Shown one piece after another: positions 1-8,716 of a stretch of 64,000 bases of DNA. How positions within the stretch are numbered: the first letter of the stretch is position 1; each line of letters begins with the position of its first letter. The notes under the pieces are model-generated. The model had not been told where the DNA came from, ran no database searches, and worked only from the letters and a program-made list of their open reading frames with translations. Source of the stretch: Terriglobia bacterium (GTDB lineage: Bacteria > Acidobacteriota > Terriglobia > JAJPHL01); the NCBI GenBank assembly GCA_963747095.1, contig CAVVEL010000022.1:145193-209192 (forward strand), given 5' to 3'. The position numbers were made by a program, and so were the translations under genes.

Positions 1-2
1 AT

Positions 3-554
3 GAGGCAATCGCTGCGCTTAATAATCCCGTGTCTGGAGAAGGACAACCTCCGCCCGCAATACCGCAGGATCCAGCTCAGGGAGATTCAGAGTCCGAAGC
101 TGCCGTAAGCGACACGATGCTTCGCGAAGAACATGTTCCGTGGCTGCTATCCTTGTTGCAATCCTATCCCGGCTCGAAATGGGGTAATCCGGAGACGCGA
201 GGCCTTGACACCCCGTTCGCTGCCGAAACTTATGTGGAAACAACGCTGGAAGAAACACTTTGTCGCGATATTCGGGAGCGGCGAGTGCGCCTTGTGATCC
301 TCTGTGGAAACGCAGGTGATGGAAAGACTGCTCTCCTTCAGCACCTATCCGCTCGACTTGGACTGGGGCGGCCCGCGTCATCGGAGCGGATTCTCGAAGG
401 AAAGATGGATGACGGCCTTGTTGTTCGAATGAATCTTGACGGTTCCGCAGCCTGGCAAGGCCGTTCGGCGGATGACGCTCCTCGATTCGTTCCTAGAGAA
501 ATTCCAGCAAGGTCCGCCCGCCGAGGACCTTGTTCACCTCCTCGCAATAAATGA
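3..554 (+). CDS. P-loop NTPase, 5'-truncated at window edge; probably the N-terminal part of one larger protein continuing in 436..1902
   Basis: Frame is open from nt 3 with no upstream stop inside the window. Walker A-like 'LVILCGNAGDGKTALLQHL'. The tail after ~nt 455 is Arg/Pro-rich junk-like while the overlapping frame (436..1902) becomes protein-like, which suggests a frameshift rather than an 80-nt gene overlap. Confidence 0.5.
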   Translation, partial: EAIAALNNPVSGEGQPPPAIPQDPAQGDSESEAAVSDTMLREEHVPWLLSLLQSYPGSKWGNPETRGLDTPFAAETYVETTLEETLCRDIRERRVRLVILCGNAGDGKTALLQHLSARLGLGRPASSERILEGKMDDGLVVRMNLDGSAAWQGRSADDAPRFVPREIPARSARRGPCSPPRNK

Positions 555-1902
555 CGGGCGCCTTCTTGAATGGATAGCGGGTGTCGAATCTCGACTTGGT
601 AATGAGACCCCTCTTACAAAGGACCTCTATCACCGTCTTGACGACAAAGGATCTGAACACTTGTCCTACGTACGTTTCATCAACCTCAATGAGAGGTCCC
701 TGGTCGGCGGACTGAGCGCCGGAACCATTACAAGCGATTTTTTGGATCACCTGATAGACCAACTTTATGGCGGGGGAAGAGCAGAGGAGATTTGGAGACC
801 ATGTCATTCCTGCTCGGCGCAGGATCGTTGCCAAGTCTTCAGAGCAACAAGGATCTTTGCTCCAGGGGAAGCGCGTACAGTTTCGAAGGATGCGAGTTCC
901 CGTGCGCGGGAGCGACTTTTCGAGGCCCTCCGCGCGGTCCACTTGTCTGGCGAAACGCACGTCACAGTGCGAGAACTGCGCGCGACGCTCGTCTATGTTC
1001 TCTTCGGCCTTCACTTCTGTGACGACTACCATGGCGAATCTGACATACCCGTGTTCCCATATTGGGATCGTACATTTTCCCCGGCTTCACCCAGGAGGCA
1101 AGGTGAGGTCTTAAGAGAACTGGCTCGCTTTGATCCAGGTCTCGAAGCACATCCCCAGATTGACCGCTACTTACTTGGGAGGCCGAGTCCGGAAAGTAGC
1201 AAGACGGCTCCCCAGTATGGCCAACTTTCTCTCCAGTCTGCTCGGCGTCGGGCCTTCTTCGAATGGACTGAAGAACACTGTGAGCAGGTGGCGGCGGACC
1301 GCCACGGCCTTGGTCTGGCGCGAGGACGCCATTTGCGGCTCTTCCGAGATCTGTGTCTGCCGGACGCCGCATCAGAAGCAAAGGATCTTTGCGCTAGGCT
1401 TTGCGCAGGCGTTTCGCGCCTGGAAGACCTTCCGCAAGAGGCGTTCGAGCGGCCCAATGTAGTCCCGCTCCGTATTACTCCGCGCACTCCAATCGAGACC
1501 GCCTTCTGGGTAGAAAAGCCGCTATCCTCCTTCCGCCTTGAGGCTGCGATACCAGCAGAGACAGGGTCGGATCGACTTCACCGGCAAGCGCTGCTAATTT
1601 ATCAATACCGAGATGGAAATGAAGAGTGCCTTGAACTTGGCGCTGAGCTCTTCCACCTCCTGTTGGAGTTGAGCGAGGGCTATCAGCTCGGAGATGTCTC
1701 TACTGACGACACGTTCGCTCACCTCTCGATTTTCGTCCAACGCCTCGTCCGTGAAGACGAACGGGAAATGATGGCCTGGAATCCCATTCAAGATGATCTG
1801 GTCTACAAGATTTCCGTCCAGACCAACACCGAAGACGGCTCTACGCGACAAAAGATCGTGGTCACCCATGGTGCGAAGGGAGGAGCAGATGCCCTCCGAT
1901 AG
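436..1902 (+). CDS. Hypothetical protein (488 aa as called); likely C-terminal continuation of the P-loop NTPase via a frameshift between 433 and 554
   Basis: This frame opens at nt 433 just after a TGA. The called start is only a TTG. The sequence is protein-like throughout and has no domain I can name. Confidence 0.45.
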   Translation: MTVPQPGKAVRRMTLLDSFLEKFQQGPPAEDLVHLLAINDGRLLEWIAGVESRLGNETPLTKDLYHRLDDKGSEHLSYVRFINLNERSLVGGLSAGTITSDFLDHLIDQLYGGGRAEEIWRPCHSCSAQDRCQVFRATRIFAPGEARTVSKDASSRARERLFEALRAVHLSGETHVTVRELRATLVYVLFGLHFCDDYHGESDIPVFPYWDRTFSPASPRRQGEVLRELARFDPGLEAHPQIDRYLLGRPSPESSKTAPQYGQLSLQSARRRAFFEWTEEHCEQVAADRHGLGLARGRHLRLFRDLCLPDAASEAKDLCARLCAGVSRLEDLPQEAFERPNVVPLRITPRTPIETAFWVEKPLSSFRLEAAIPAETGSDRLHRQALLIYQYRDGNEECLELGAELFHLLLELSEGYQLGDVSTDDTFAHLSIFVQRLVREDEREMMAWNPIQDDLVYKISVQTNTEDGSTRQKIVVTHGAKGGADALR

Positions 1903-2932
1903 CGGTCGCGCGATTGTTGATCAGTTGCTTGGTCGAGAGATGACTAGGGAGATTTGGACTGGCAATTACTTGAAGGCCCTACCCATCTCAGTGCAGGACT
2001 TCGACCTTTCCGCAGTGCTGCCAGCAGTCTTCTACATGTTTCGCTTCGGTCATCGCAGGGGCCAGGGCAAGTTTCTCGAGGTTTTTGGCTCGGGCGCCAG
2101 TACTTCAAAGGAGCGGAAACGTGCCGCAACAATAGAGCGTGTGGCGTCAACGCTAGGCACAACTGATGGCTTTGAAGGCTTTCGAAGCGAGCCGGAACAG
2201 GCCATTCTTGGCGATCTGCTCCTCTGCTTCTGCCTTGAGAACGCGAAGCGCGCTCTCGGGCGAAAGGAACAAATCCAGCGAGTTGCACCGGCTCACTACA
2301 TGGCGGCTTGGGTGGATTTACCCGAGTCGGTCTCTCACCTTCGCTATGTGCCCGAAATGATTGTAGCAATGCTTGCCGATCAAAAGGGTAGCTACATAGA
2401 GCATAACCAAGAGGGAGACCGGACGCACTTTGCCGTCGGTCGAGGCTTCGAAAGAAACCTCCTGCTTCGGGCGTTTCACCAAGGAGTGACGCGTCGCGGA
2501 GAGCTCAGCAGTCGCACATCGGATAAGTTCGAAGAAGAAACGCTCGTTGGGTTAGATCAATTGTTGATGATTCGTTTGGCGCAGCACCTGGGCGAAGCAC
2601 CGGTGAAGCTACGCGGAAGCGAAGGGGAACGAATCTCAAACCAGCACCCGGTTGCAGAAAAGGCAGCGCAGAATTTCTCCGAGGATTTGCGTCGGTTCGT
2701 CCGCGCGTACGCCGGTGTCGTTCCGCGGCATGCCTTTGTGGAGCTATTGGAATCCTGTCTGGCGATTGGCGTCACTACCATTATCACGAGCGTGATCGAA
2801 CTCCTTTGCGACTGGGCAGAGACTGGGACGATTCGAAAAAAATGTGAACAGCGACCTCCTCGCCTTTTCGTGGACTGTTCAAACGGTGTTCAACAGCCGC
2901 TTGCGAGCCTTGGCCGAACAGTCTTTGGGTGA
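1793..2932 (+). CDS. Hypothetical protein (likely start ATG ~1889, 4-nt overlap with the upstream stop); possibly fused with 2844..3710
   Basis: Long ORF in operon context. The last ~30 aa ('KKCEQRPPRLFVDCSNG...') look out of frame. An A7 homopolymer at 2836-2842 lies exactly where the next ORF's frame opens. Confidence 0.45.
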   Translation: MIWSTRFPSRPTPKTALRDKRSWSPMVRREEQMPSDSGRAIVDQLLGREMTREIWTGNYLKALPISVQDFDLSAVLPAVFYMFRFGHRRGQGKFLEVFGSGASTSKERKRAATIERVASTLGTTDGFEGFRSEPEQAILGDLLLCFCLENAKRALGRKEQIQRVAPAHYMAAWVDLPESVSHLRYVPEMIVAMLADQKGSYIEHNQEGDRTHFAVGRGFERNLLLRAFHQGVTRRGELSSRTSDKFEEETLVGLDQLLMIRLAQHLGEAPVKLRGSEGERISNQHPVAEKAAQNFSEDLRRFVRAYAGVVPRHAFVELLESCLAIGVTTIITSVIELLCDWAETGTIRKKCEQRPPRLFVDCSNGVQQPLASLGRTVFG

Positions 2933-3710
2933 CTTCCTTCGGCAAATAGAACGTTTCCCGGTCATCTTGATGGCCGTCCGATTGTTAGACAGGGGTGCAC
3001 GTTATGATCGCCGTGTCAAAGCGCTAAACGTCTCAACGGGACCTTATGCGACAACGTGGCTCAACCTCTTAGGAGAGTTGCTTCATAGTAGGCGCCTAGA
3101 GTCAGACGCGATTCTCTATGATTTGGCGGGCAAGGCTGAGGAGTTGGCGGAGAGGTTGGAGGACGACTACCCAGAATGTGCGCAGATGTTGCGAAACGAA
3201 CAAAGCCAACCGAACCCAGTCTGGCGCCTAGCAGAATCACTCACCTCGCTGCAGGGTCGCGGAAATACCCAGGATAATCTAATCAAGCTACTCGACTCGG
3301 CTCTGTTGCTTGGGCGGCCCAATGGGCTAGCGCTCAAGAGAACGGTTACTCGCAACGTAGCTCAGGCCGGCACTCGAAAGCGAAGCGACCTTCGTTCTCT
3401 CGTGCTAACTGACTCGGTTCTCGACCACTTTGTCCATCTACATGTCTTACCCACGGGTGGCCGCATTGGTGTTCGGTCGCTTTCGTTTCGAGACTTCATC
3501 GCAAAACTCGAAGAGCGATACGGGCTGTGCGTGGATAGCTCTCCGCCCGGGATGACAATCTCCAATGATCAGCTACGGGCGAATCGTGCCATTTTAGAAC
3601 GTCGGCTCCGCGACCTGGGATTGTTGATAGGAGTGAACGATGCGGAAGCCATGAAGCGTCTGCGGCCTCGGTTCGACCCAGTAACGGAGGACACCAATGG
3701 TGTGGAATGA
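2844..3710 (+). CDS. Hypothetical protein (GTG start as called; may be the C-terminal half of the preceding gene)
   Basis: Protein-like ORF +1 relative to the upstream gene. No convincing RBS. The A7 run sits immediately upstream. Confidence 0.45.
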   Translation: MNSDLLAFSWTVQTVFNSRLRALAEQSLGDFLRQIERFPVILMAVRLLDRGARYDRRVKALNVSTGPYATTWLNLLGELLHSRRLESDAILYDLAGKAEELAERLEDDYPECAQMLRNEQSQPNPVWRLAESLTSLQGRGNTQDNLIKLLDSALLLGRPNGLALKRTVTRNVAQAGTRKRSDLRSLVLTDSVLDHFVHLHVLPTGGRIGVRSLSFRDFIAKLEERYGLCVDSSPPGMTISNDQLRANRAILERRLRDLGLLIGVNDAEAMKRLRPRFDPVTEDTNGVE

Positions 3711-4659
3711 AGTGCATGCGCGGGCGCTTCAAGTGGCCTTCGAGAGACTTCTCGGGAGAGCTGACCAGGGTGCCGTTGCCTTTGTCCGTTGTCTAGCGCC
3801 TGAGGTTGTTGAAACGCTCGCCGGCGATTCTTCCTTCGCTCCCCGGGATTGGCAGGTTCGGCGCGTCGCTGATCGCGACCATTCCCAATCGCGGACAATT
3901 ACCGCAGACCGCGCTGTAGAGCTTCGTGAGATGAAGGCGGATGCCGTCCTGCTGTTGGTTGATACAGTCCGGGCAGGAGCCGGTATGGATGGTATCTACA
4001 GCGCCGCCAGAGAGGTCGATGAAGAGACCTTGTTCGGAGAGGCGCTGCGGTTGGCAGGCGAAGAGGTGAGAGCACGGCTATCTGTCAAGCATCGCCGATA
4101 TGCTGAGGAAGCCACAAAGAAGGCCCGTGGTCACGGTCGTCGCCTTAGTGTCTCGGTTTGGACCGAATTTGATTTTTTCTGTCGGATTGCGGCAGAAAGA
4201 AGGCATCCCGGCGAGTTCCTACATTTGCTCGGCTTGTGGCCCGTTTCGGAGTCCTCAGATTTTGGTGAAGAAGAAGGATTGGATCTCTCTCGTCTTTTTG
4301 TTGATCGCTTACTGGGAACATCGGTGTCCGGCATGCCGCCGGCACTACGGGTTGACGCTCTGAGATTGCACAAGCCGTCGGAACAACAGAGGGCGGATCT
4401 CGAAGGGTTCCTGCGCACGGCGTTGACTAGGCCGCTTCTGCCGGCCCTTGCGGATCTCGCGAGCAAGAAACATCTATGGGTCAATGAGGCTCAGAGTGGA
4501 AGGCGCTGCACATTCCATCCAAAGTATCGAGTTGTTGCCTTGGCGTACGAACACGGGGAAAGTCGCTCGGGGGAGTGGGCTGGAAGACGGCGGCGAAGGT
4601 CCTCCGATGCTGATCCTGCGAGCAGACTCGAATCAGAGCGGAGAGTATTCGAAACTTGA
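3697..4659 (+). CDS. Hypothetical protein; Arg-rich junk-like tail after ~4480 suggests it continues into 4448..8704 through a frameshift
   Basis: Start overlaps the upstream stop (ATGxxTGA-type coupling). The tail 'GRRRRRSSDADPASRLESERR' is atypical while the overlapping downstream frame is protein-like. Confidence 0.4.
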   Translation: MVWNEVHARALQVAFERLLGRADQGAVAFVRCLAPEVVETLAGDSSFAPRDWQVRRVADRDHSQSRTITADRAVELREMKADAVLLLVDTVRAGAGMDGIYSAAREVDEETLFGEALRLAGEEVRARLSVKHRRYAEEATKKARGHGRRLSVSVWTEFDFFCRIAAERRHPGEFLHLLGLWPVSESSDFGEEEGLDLSRLFVDRLLGTSVSGMPPALRVDALRLHKPSEQQRADLEGFLRTALTRPLLPALADLASKKHLWVNEAQSGRRCTFHPKYRVVALAYEHGESRSGEWAGRRRRRSSDADPASRLESERRVFET

Positions 4660-7600
4660 AGTGAAGTGGAAAGCGCGACCGGAGAATTTGGAAAAGGGGG
4701 CCGTAGAGTATCGCGTTGTTATTCAAACCGATATGGATGAAGAACTCGCATCGCGTCCTGTGGTGCACTCCGGAAAGCGCGAGGAGCGTTGTAGATTTAG
4801 TGACGATGATTTTTCGACTCTAAGCGATGATGCCCTCATTTCAGCTAAGGTAGTCATTTCTGTCATTGGTAACGCAGCAGTTGAGCCAAGAGAGAGCGAA
4901 GAATTCATCATTCGCTTCGGCGAGCCACCCGATCGAGAGAAGGGAGGAGTCGGGAAGAAGGTCCGCACCTTTAGCGAGGGACTAATCGAGATAGAAAGCC
5001 GAGATCTCGTTTCCGAGATTGCCTCGTCCGTGGAGGTGTATCCCGAGGATTCCAAGGGTTTTGTTCTGATGCGGCCTCAGCGGGGTAAGAGCTTTCGGGT
5101 GTTCCGGCCTCGTTTGGTCGGTGAGGTCGAGAAGCGATGGGTAGATGAGGCGGGAGCGATTGGACGCTGGCGCGTCAAGGTGCGCTCCTCGGGCGCGCGA
5201 GCCGGTGAGGTTGAGTTCGTGCCCTGCTTACCCTCCTCTGCCGCGTTGCAATCTCTCTGGGATCGGACGGTCACCGCTAGTCGTCGCATGGCGGAGCGAT
5301 TCGCTGCGGCGGGCGGCGGCGTCGGTCAGGTCTACGATGAAAAATCAAAAGCTTTTGATTTGGTTGTCAGAGAATACCTTCTTGCGTGGACGGCATTACT
5401 GGATGAGGCGGATCCTTCACTCGCGCTTGCGAATACAGTCGAGGTTCAGTCACTTTCCGGGAGAACCATCGGCTTGATTGTACTCCCGAATCACGCACTT
5501 AGAGTTGCCTGGCTCGTCGGGTACGACAACCTTGTGTTGCATGCGGCTTTCGATCTTAGCAAGCGTCCCAGAGACATTGTAGAAGAGTTCGCGGTGCTTG
5601 ATGGTGCGATGTTTCCAGCGTTCCTACCCGGCCTGGAGCAAGGACATTCGTTCGTTTTTGCGGATACTCTCGGCTTCCATGTTGTCGGAATGGTGCCAGA
5701 TTCCGATAAGGAACCCAAGGCCGCGCTGGCGATCCTTGCCAGAGCGCTCGGAGAGAGCGAGACCGCGGATGCGGCACCAACAATCGGGGCGCAGAGTGCA
5801 ACCGTCCTGGGCAACGAGATTCTCAAATACCTCGACTGTCACAATCCCTCGAGGCTTCTCCATATCCATGCGCTAAGGCCCGGCGATGGTCTAACGGTTG
5901 CGCGGTCACTTGGCAGAGTTCAGGAGCACTATCGGCGGGTCTCAGATGAGGAAGGCATCGATCGGGAGGAGGGGCGGTCGGCCCCTGCGTTTGTGCTAGA
6001 GCTCTACCCGTCCGAAGGGCAGCGGGGAATTGCCGGACGATTTATTGCGGAAGCTCGGGAAAAGCGTCGCAGTGGAGCGGGCGTCTTGTCCATCGATGAC
6101 TATTGGATGCTTGAGTCCCAAGGTCTTCCGGGTGGAGTGAACCTTCCACGGTTACGCTGGGCACGTAAGCGCGAGCAAGATCCTAAGACGCCGGCGCATC
6201 TTGCACTGGCCTTCGACACTTTTGAATCGCGAGTTGTTGTCGAAGCTAGTGGGAGACGACGCGACGCGAGACCGCTCTATGTGTTTGGACTTCTGTCCTT
6301 TTTTGAGCGAGAGTACTCCAGTCTGCCATCACCCGTTTGGCGGAGCGTAATTCTTCCCTCGGGAGATGGCGAGAAGCATCCCTCAGACCGAACGCACACA
6401 GAGCGCCTTCTGCGCTTGCAGCAAGCTGTCCAGAGGGCGGTGGCACGGAATATTGGATCACGGGAAGACTTGCCATTCCTTAGAACCGATATCGCGCCGG
6501 ACAAAGCACAAAACCTAAGGGAGCTTCACCGCCTCTGCGACTGGGTGATCACACTGGATCGTAACGCTGGAGTTGAGTATTTTGATTCTCCCCGCGACAA
6601 TAGGGAGATCTACGATGCTTATGTAATCGACTGCGTCCCGGAGCGTGAGGATCTCGGGTGCCTGCAAATGATCACATCAACGAGTAATCTAGAAGAGGTC
6701 CGGGACCTCCTAGATGATGCGCTCGATCAGATGGGTCTCAGCCGGAGCCGCCGGAATGCGGAATTCTTAATGGACCATTTGAAGGCGCTGAGTGGACGCT
6801 TGGCAATACGCCTGACCGGAGAGAAAACTCCTACCTCAGAGCTGATTGCCTTGGCACTCTGTCACGCAAACTGTCGCAACCATTCGCATGTTAGCGACTG
6901 CTGGGTTTCTCTCGACGCAGGGTTCATTGTTCCCGTGGATGACATTCGCGATCTACTGCCCCCACTGGTTGCGACGGACAGCGACGACGAGAGGGAGTCG
7001 CGACCGGACCTGCTGTATGTTTCCCTGATTCCGAGAAAAGGATTGTTGTTTCGGTTCGTGGAAGTGAAGTATCGCAGACACCTTCGTGGTGCGCGAAGTG
7101 CCGAAGTGTTGCACGGCATCCGCGAGCAGGTGGAACCACTCAGGAAGCGGTGGGAGGATTGGTACGTTGGCGACGAGACTTGCGCGCCGTTCAGCGCAGT
7201 TCGCCGTGCCAAACTGGCGCGAGTCCTACGGTTCTACTCGGACAAGGCACATCGGCACTACTTACTTGATGAACAGTACGAAGCCATAACCGCTGAGATT
7301 GATCGAATGATTGAGAAAGGAGCAACGTACTCCTTTCCTGCAATGGAACGGTCCGACCGCGGATGGGTATTCTGCCCAGAATTCTCGGGCGAAACCCCCC
7401 TCGAGATTTCTCCCAACGATTGGGAAACGCGAATATTCTTGTTTGGCCCTGGCCTCATGCCCGATTCCGACTTTCGGTTTGAGTCGATAGCTCGTCAACC
7501 TGAGGTTGCGGCTTCCGATCCCTCAATGTCGCCTACTCCGCCGCCCGGACCAAGCGAAATGCCGTTGTCTGAGGCGGCTGCTGAAGAAGTTCCCGCGAGA

Positions 7601-8704
7601 GACGACAAACCAGACGACACAGCACAGGGCGGTGCCGAGAACCGTGCGGACGGCGAGCCTAGTTCTCTCTCCCTTGGTACGGACACGCTCACGGGTGCTG
7701 ATGTTCATTGGTCAATTTCAATCAAGGGCAATCCGCATCTCTTGCTTGCCGGCTTGCCTGGGATGGGGAAGACGACCTGCCTCCTGAATCTGTGTAACCA
7801 GATGCTTGCAGCGCAGATCCGTCCGATTGTCTTTTCGTACCATCAGGACATTGACCAGAAGCTCCAAGTGCTCGTGCCCTCCGTCCGGTTCATCGATTTC
7901 CACGGATTGGGCTTCAACCCGTTACAGGTGATCGATCGAGAGTCGAGAGTGGGGTATCTCGACGTAGCAGGGGCACTACGTGATATATTCGTCGCGATCT
8001 TCCCGGAGCTAGGCGATATTCAGGGCGAACGTATCCGGAAGGCCATCAAGGACAGCTTTTCAGAGCTGGGTTGGGACAATCCGAACTCTGTTCTCGCGGA
8101 GTTACAAGAACCGCCTTTCGGGCGATTCGTGGAGATCCTTCGAGGCGATCCAAAACAAGACAAGGGGTTGCGTACGCTGCTTGCGCGTTTAGAGGAGCTG
8201 GAAGATTACTCCTTCTTCGATCTCGGTGAATCTCGGGCGAGCCTGTGGGACAGTAAGGAGCCTATCATCATTCGCGTCCATGCGACTCAAAGCGACAACC
8301 TGCAAAGAGCCTTCGCCTCGTTAGTCTTCTACAGCCTGTATAAGGATATGTTCCGAAGAGGCCTCCAGGAACGTATCACGCATGCCGTAGTATTTGACGA
8401 GGCTCACCGCGCAGCGGGATTGAAGCTAATTCCCACGATGGCAAAAGAGTGTCGGAAGTACGGTATCTCGTTGGTAGTCGCGTCGCAGGAAGCCAAGGAT
8501 TTCAACGCGTCTCTTTTCTCGGCCATCGCAAATTATCTTGTCTTTCGCCTAACAGAGGTTGATGCCAAAGCGCTTGTGCGGAACGTTGCTAGTTCTCAGC
8601 AAGAGCGAGTACTGATCGATAAAATCAAGCAGATGGAGAGGTTCAAGGCACTGTACTTCTGCGAAGGCAAGAGCAGGCCTTCACCCGTAGTCTTAACGCC
8701 TTAG
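4448..8704 (+). CDS. Giant protein (1418 aa; ~1730 aa if fused with the upstream ORF) with a PD-(D/E)xK-like motif and C-terminal HerA/FtsK/VirB4-type P-loop ATPase
   Basis: Walker A 'LLLAGLPGMGKTTCLLNL' and Walker B 'HAVVFDEAHR' followed by 'ISLVVASQE' (AAA_10/DUF87-like arrangement). Roughly 250 aa upstream: 'RPDLLYVSLIPRKGLLFRFVEVKYRR', a PD...(D/E)xK-like pattern. A Pro/Ser/Asp-rich linker precedes the ATPase. Confidence 0.7.
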   Translation: MRISRARNIYGSMRLRVEGAAHSIQSIELLPWRTNTGKVARGSGLEDGGEGPPMLILRADSNQSGEYSKLEVKWKARPENLEKGAVEYRVVIQTDMDEELASRPVVHSGKREERCRFSDDDFSTLSDDALISAKVVISVIGNAAVEPRESEEFIIRFGEPPDREKGGVGKKVRTFSEGLIEIESRDLVSEIASSVEVYPEDSKGFVLMRPQRGKSFRVFRPRLVGEVEKRWVDEAGAIGRWRVKVRSSGARAGEVEFVPCLPSSAALQSLWDRTVTASRRMAERFAAAGGGVGQVYDEKSKAFDLVVREYLLAWTALLDEADPSLALANTVEVQSLSGRTIGLIVLPNHALRVAWLVGYDNLVLHAAFDLSKRPRDIVEEFAVLDGAMFPAFLPGLEQGHSFVFADTLGFHVVGMVPDSDKEPKAALAILARALGESETADAAPTIGAQSATVLGNEILKYLDCHNPSRLLHIHALRPGDGLTVARSLGRVQEHYRRVSDEEGIDREEGRSAPAFVLELYPSEGQRGIAGRFIAEAREKRRSGAGVLSIDDYWMLESQGLPGGVNLPRLRWARKREQDPKTPAHLALAFDTFESRVVVEASGRRRDARPLYVFGLLSFFEREYSSLPSPVWRSVILPSGDGEKHPSDRTHTERLLRLQQAVQRAVARNIGSREDLPFLRTDIAPDKAQNLRELHRLCDWVITLDRNAGVEYFDSPRDNREIYDAYVIDCVPEREDLGCLQMITSTSNLEEVRDLLDDALDQMGLSRSRRNAEFLMDHLKALSGRLAIRLTGEKTPTSELIALALCHANCRNHSHVSDCWVSLDAGFIVPVDDIRDLLPPLVATDSDDERESRPDLLYVSLIPRKGLLFRFVEVKYRRHLRGARSAEVLHGIREQVEPLRKRWEDWYVGDETCAPFSAVRRAKLARVLRFYSDKAHRHYLLDEQYEAITAEIDRMIEKGATYSFPAMERSDRGWVFCPEFSGETPLEISPNDWETRIFLFGPGLMPDSDFRFESIARQPEVAASDPSMSPTPPPGPSEMPLSEAAAEEVPARDDKPDDTAQGGAENRADGEPSSLSLGTDTLTGADVHWSISIKGNPHLLLAGLPGMGKTTCLLNLCNQMLAAQIRPIVFSYHQDIDQKLQVLVPSVRFIDFHGLGFNPLQVIDRESRVGYLDVAGALRDIFVAIFPELGDIQGERIRKAIKDSFSELGWDNPNSVLAELQEPPFGRFVEILRGDPKQDKGLRTLLARLEELEDYSFFDLGESRASLWDSKEPIIIRVHATQSDNLQRAFASLVFYSLYKDMFRRGLQERITHAVVFDEAHRAAGLKLIPTMAKECRKYGISLVVASQEAKDFNASLFSAIANYLVFRLTEVDAKALVRNVASSQQERVLIDKIKQMERFKALYFCEGKSRPSPVVLTP

Positions 8705-8716
8705 CCCAAACACACT

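Noticed and set aside
19-381. 120-aa minus-strand ORF antisense to the P-loop gene (and many similar 60-200-aa antisense ORFs throughout)
   Set aside because: Arg/Pro/Ala-rich composition typical of out-of-frame translation in GC-rich DNA, fully embedded in better ORFs, and no domain motifs.
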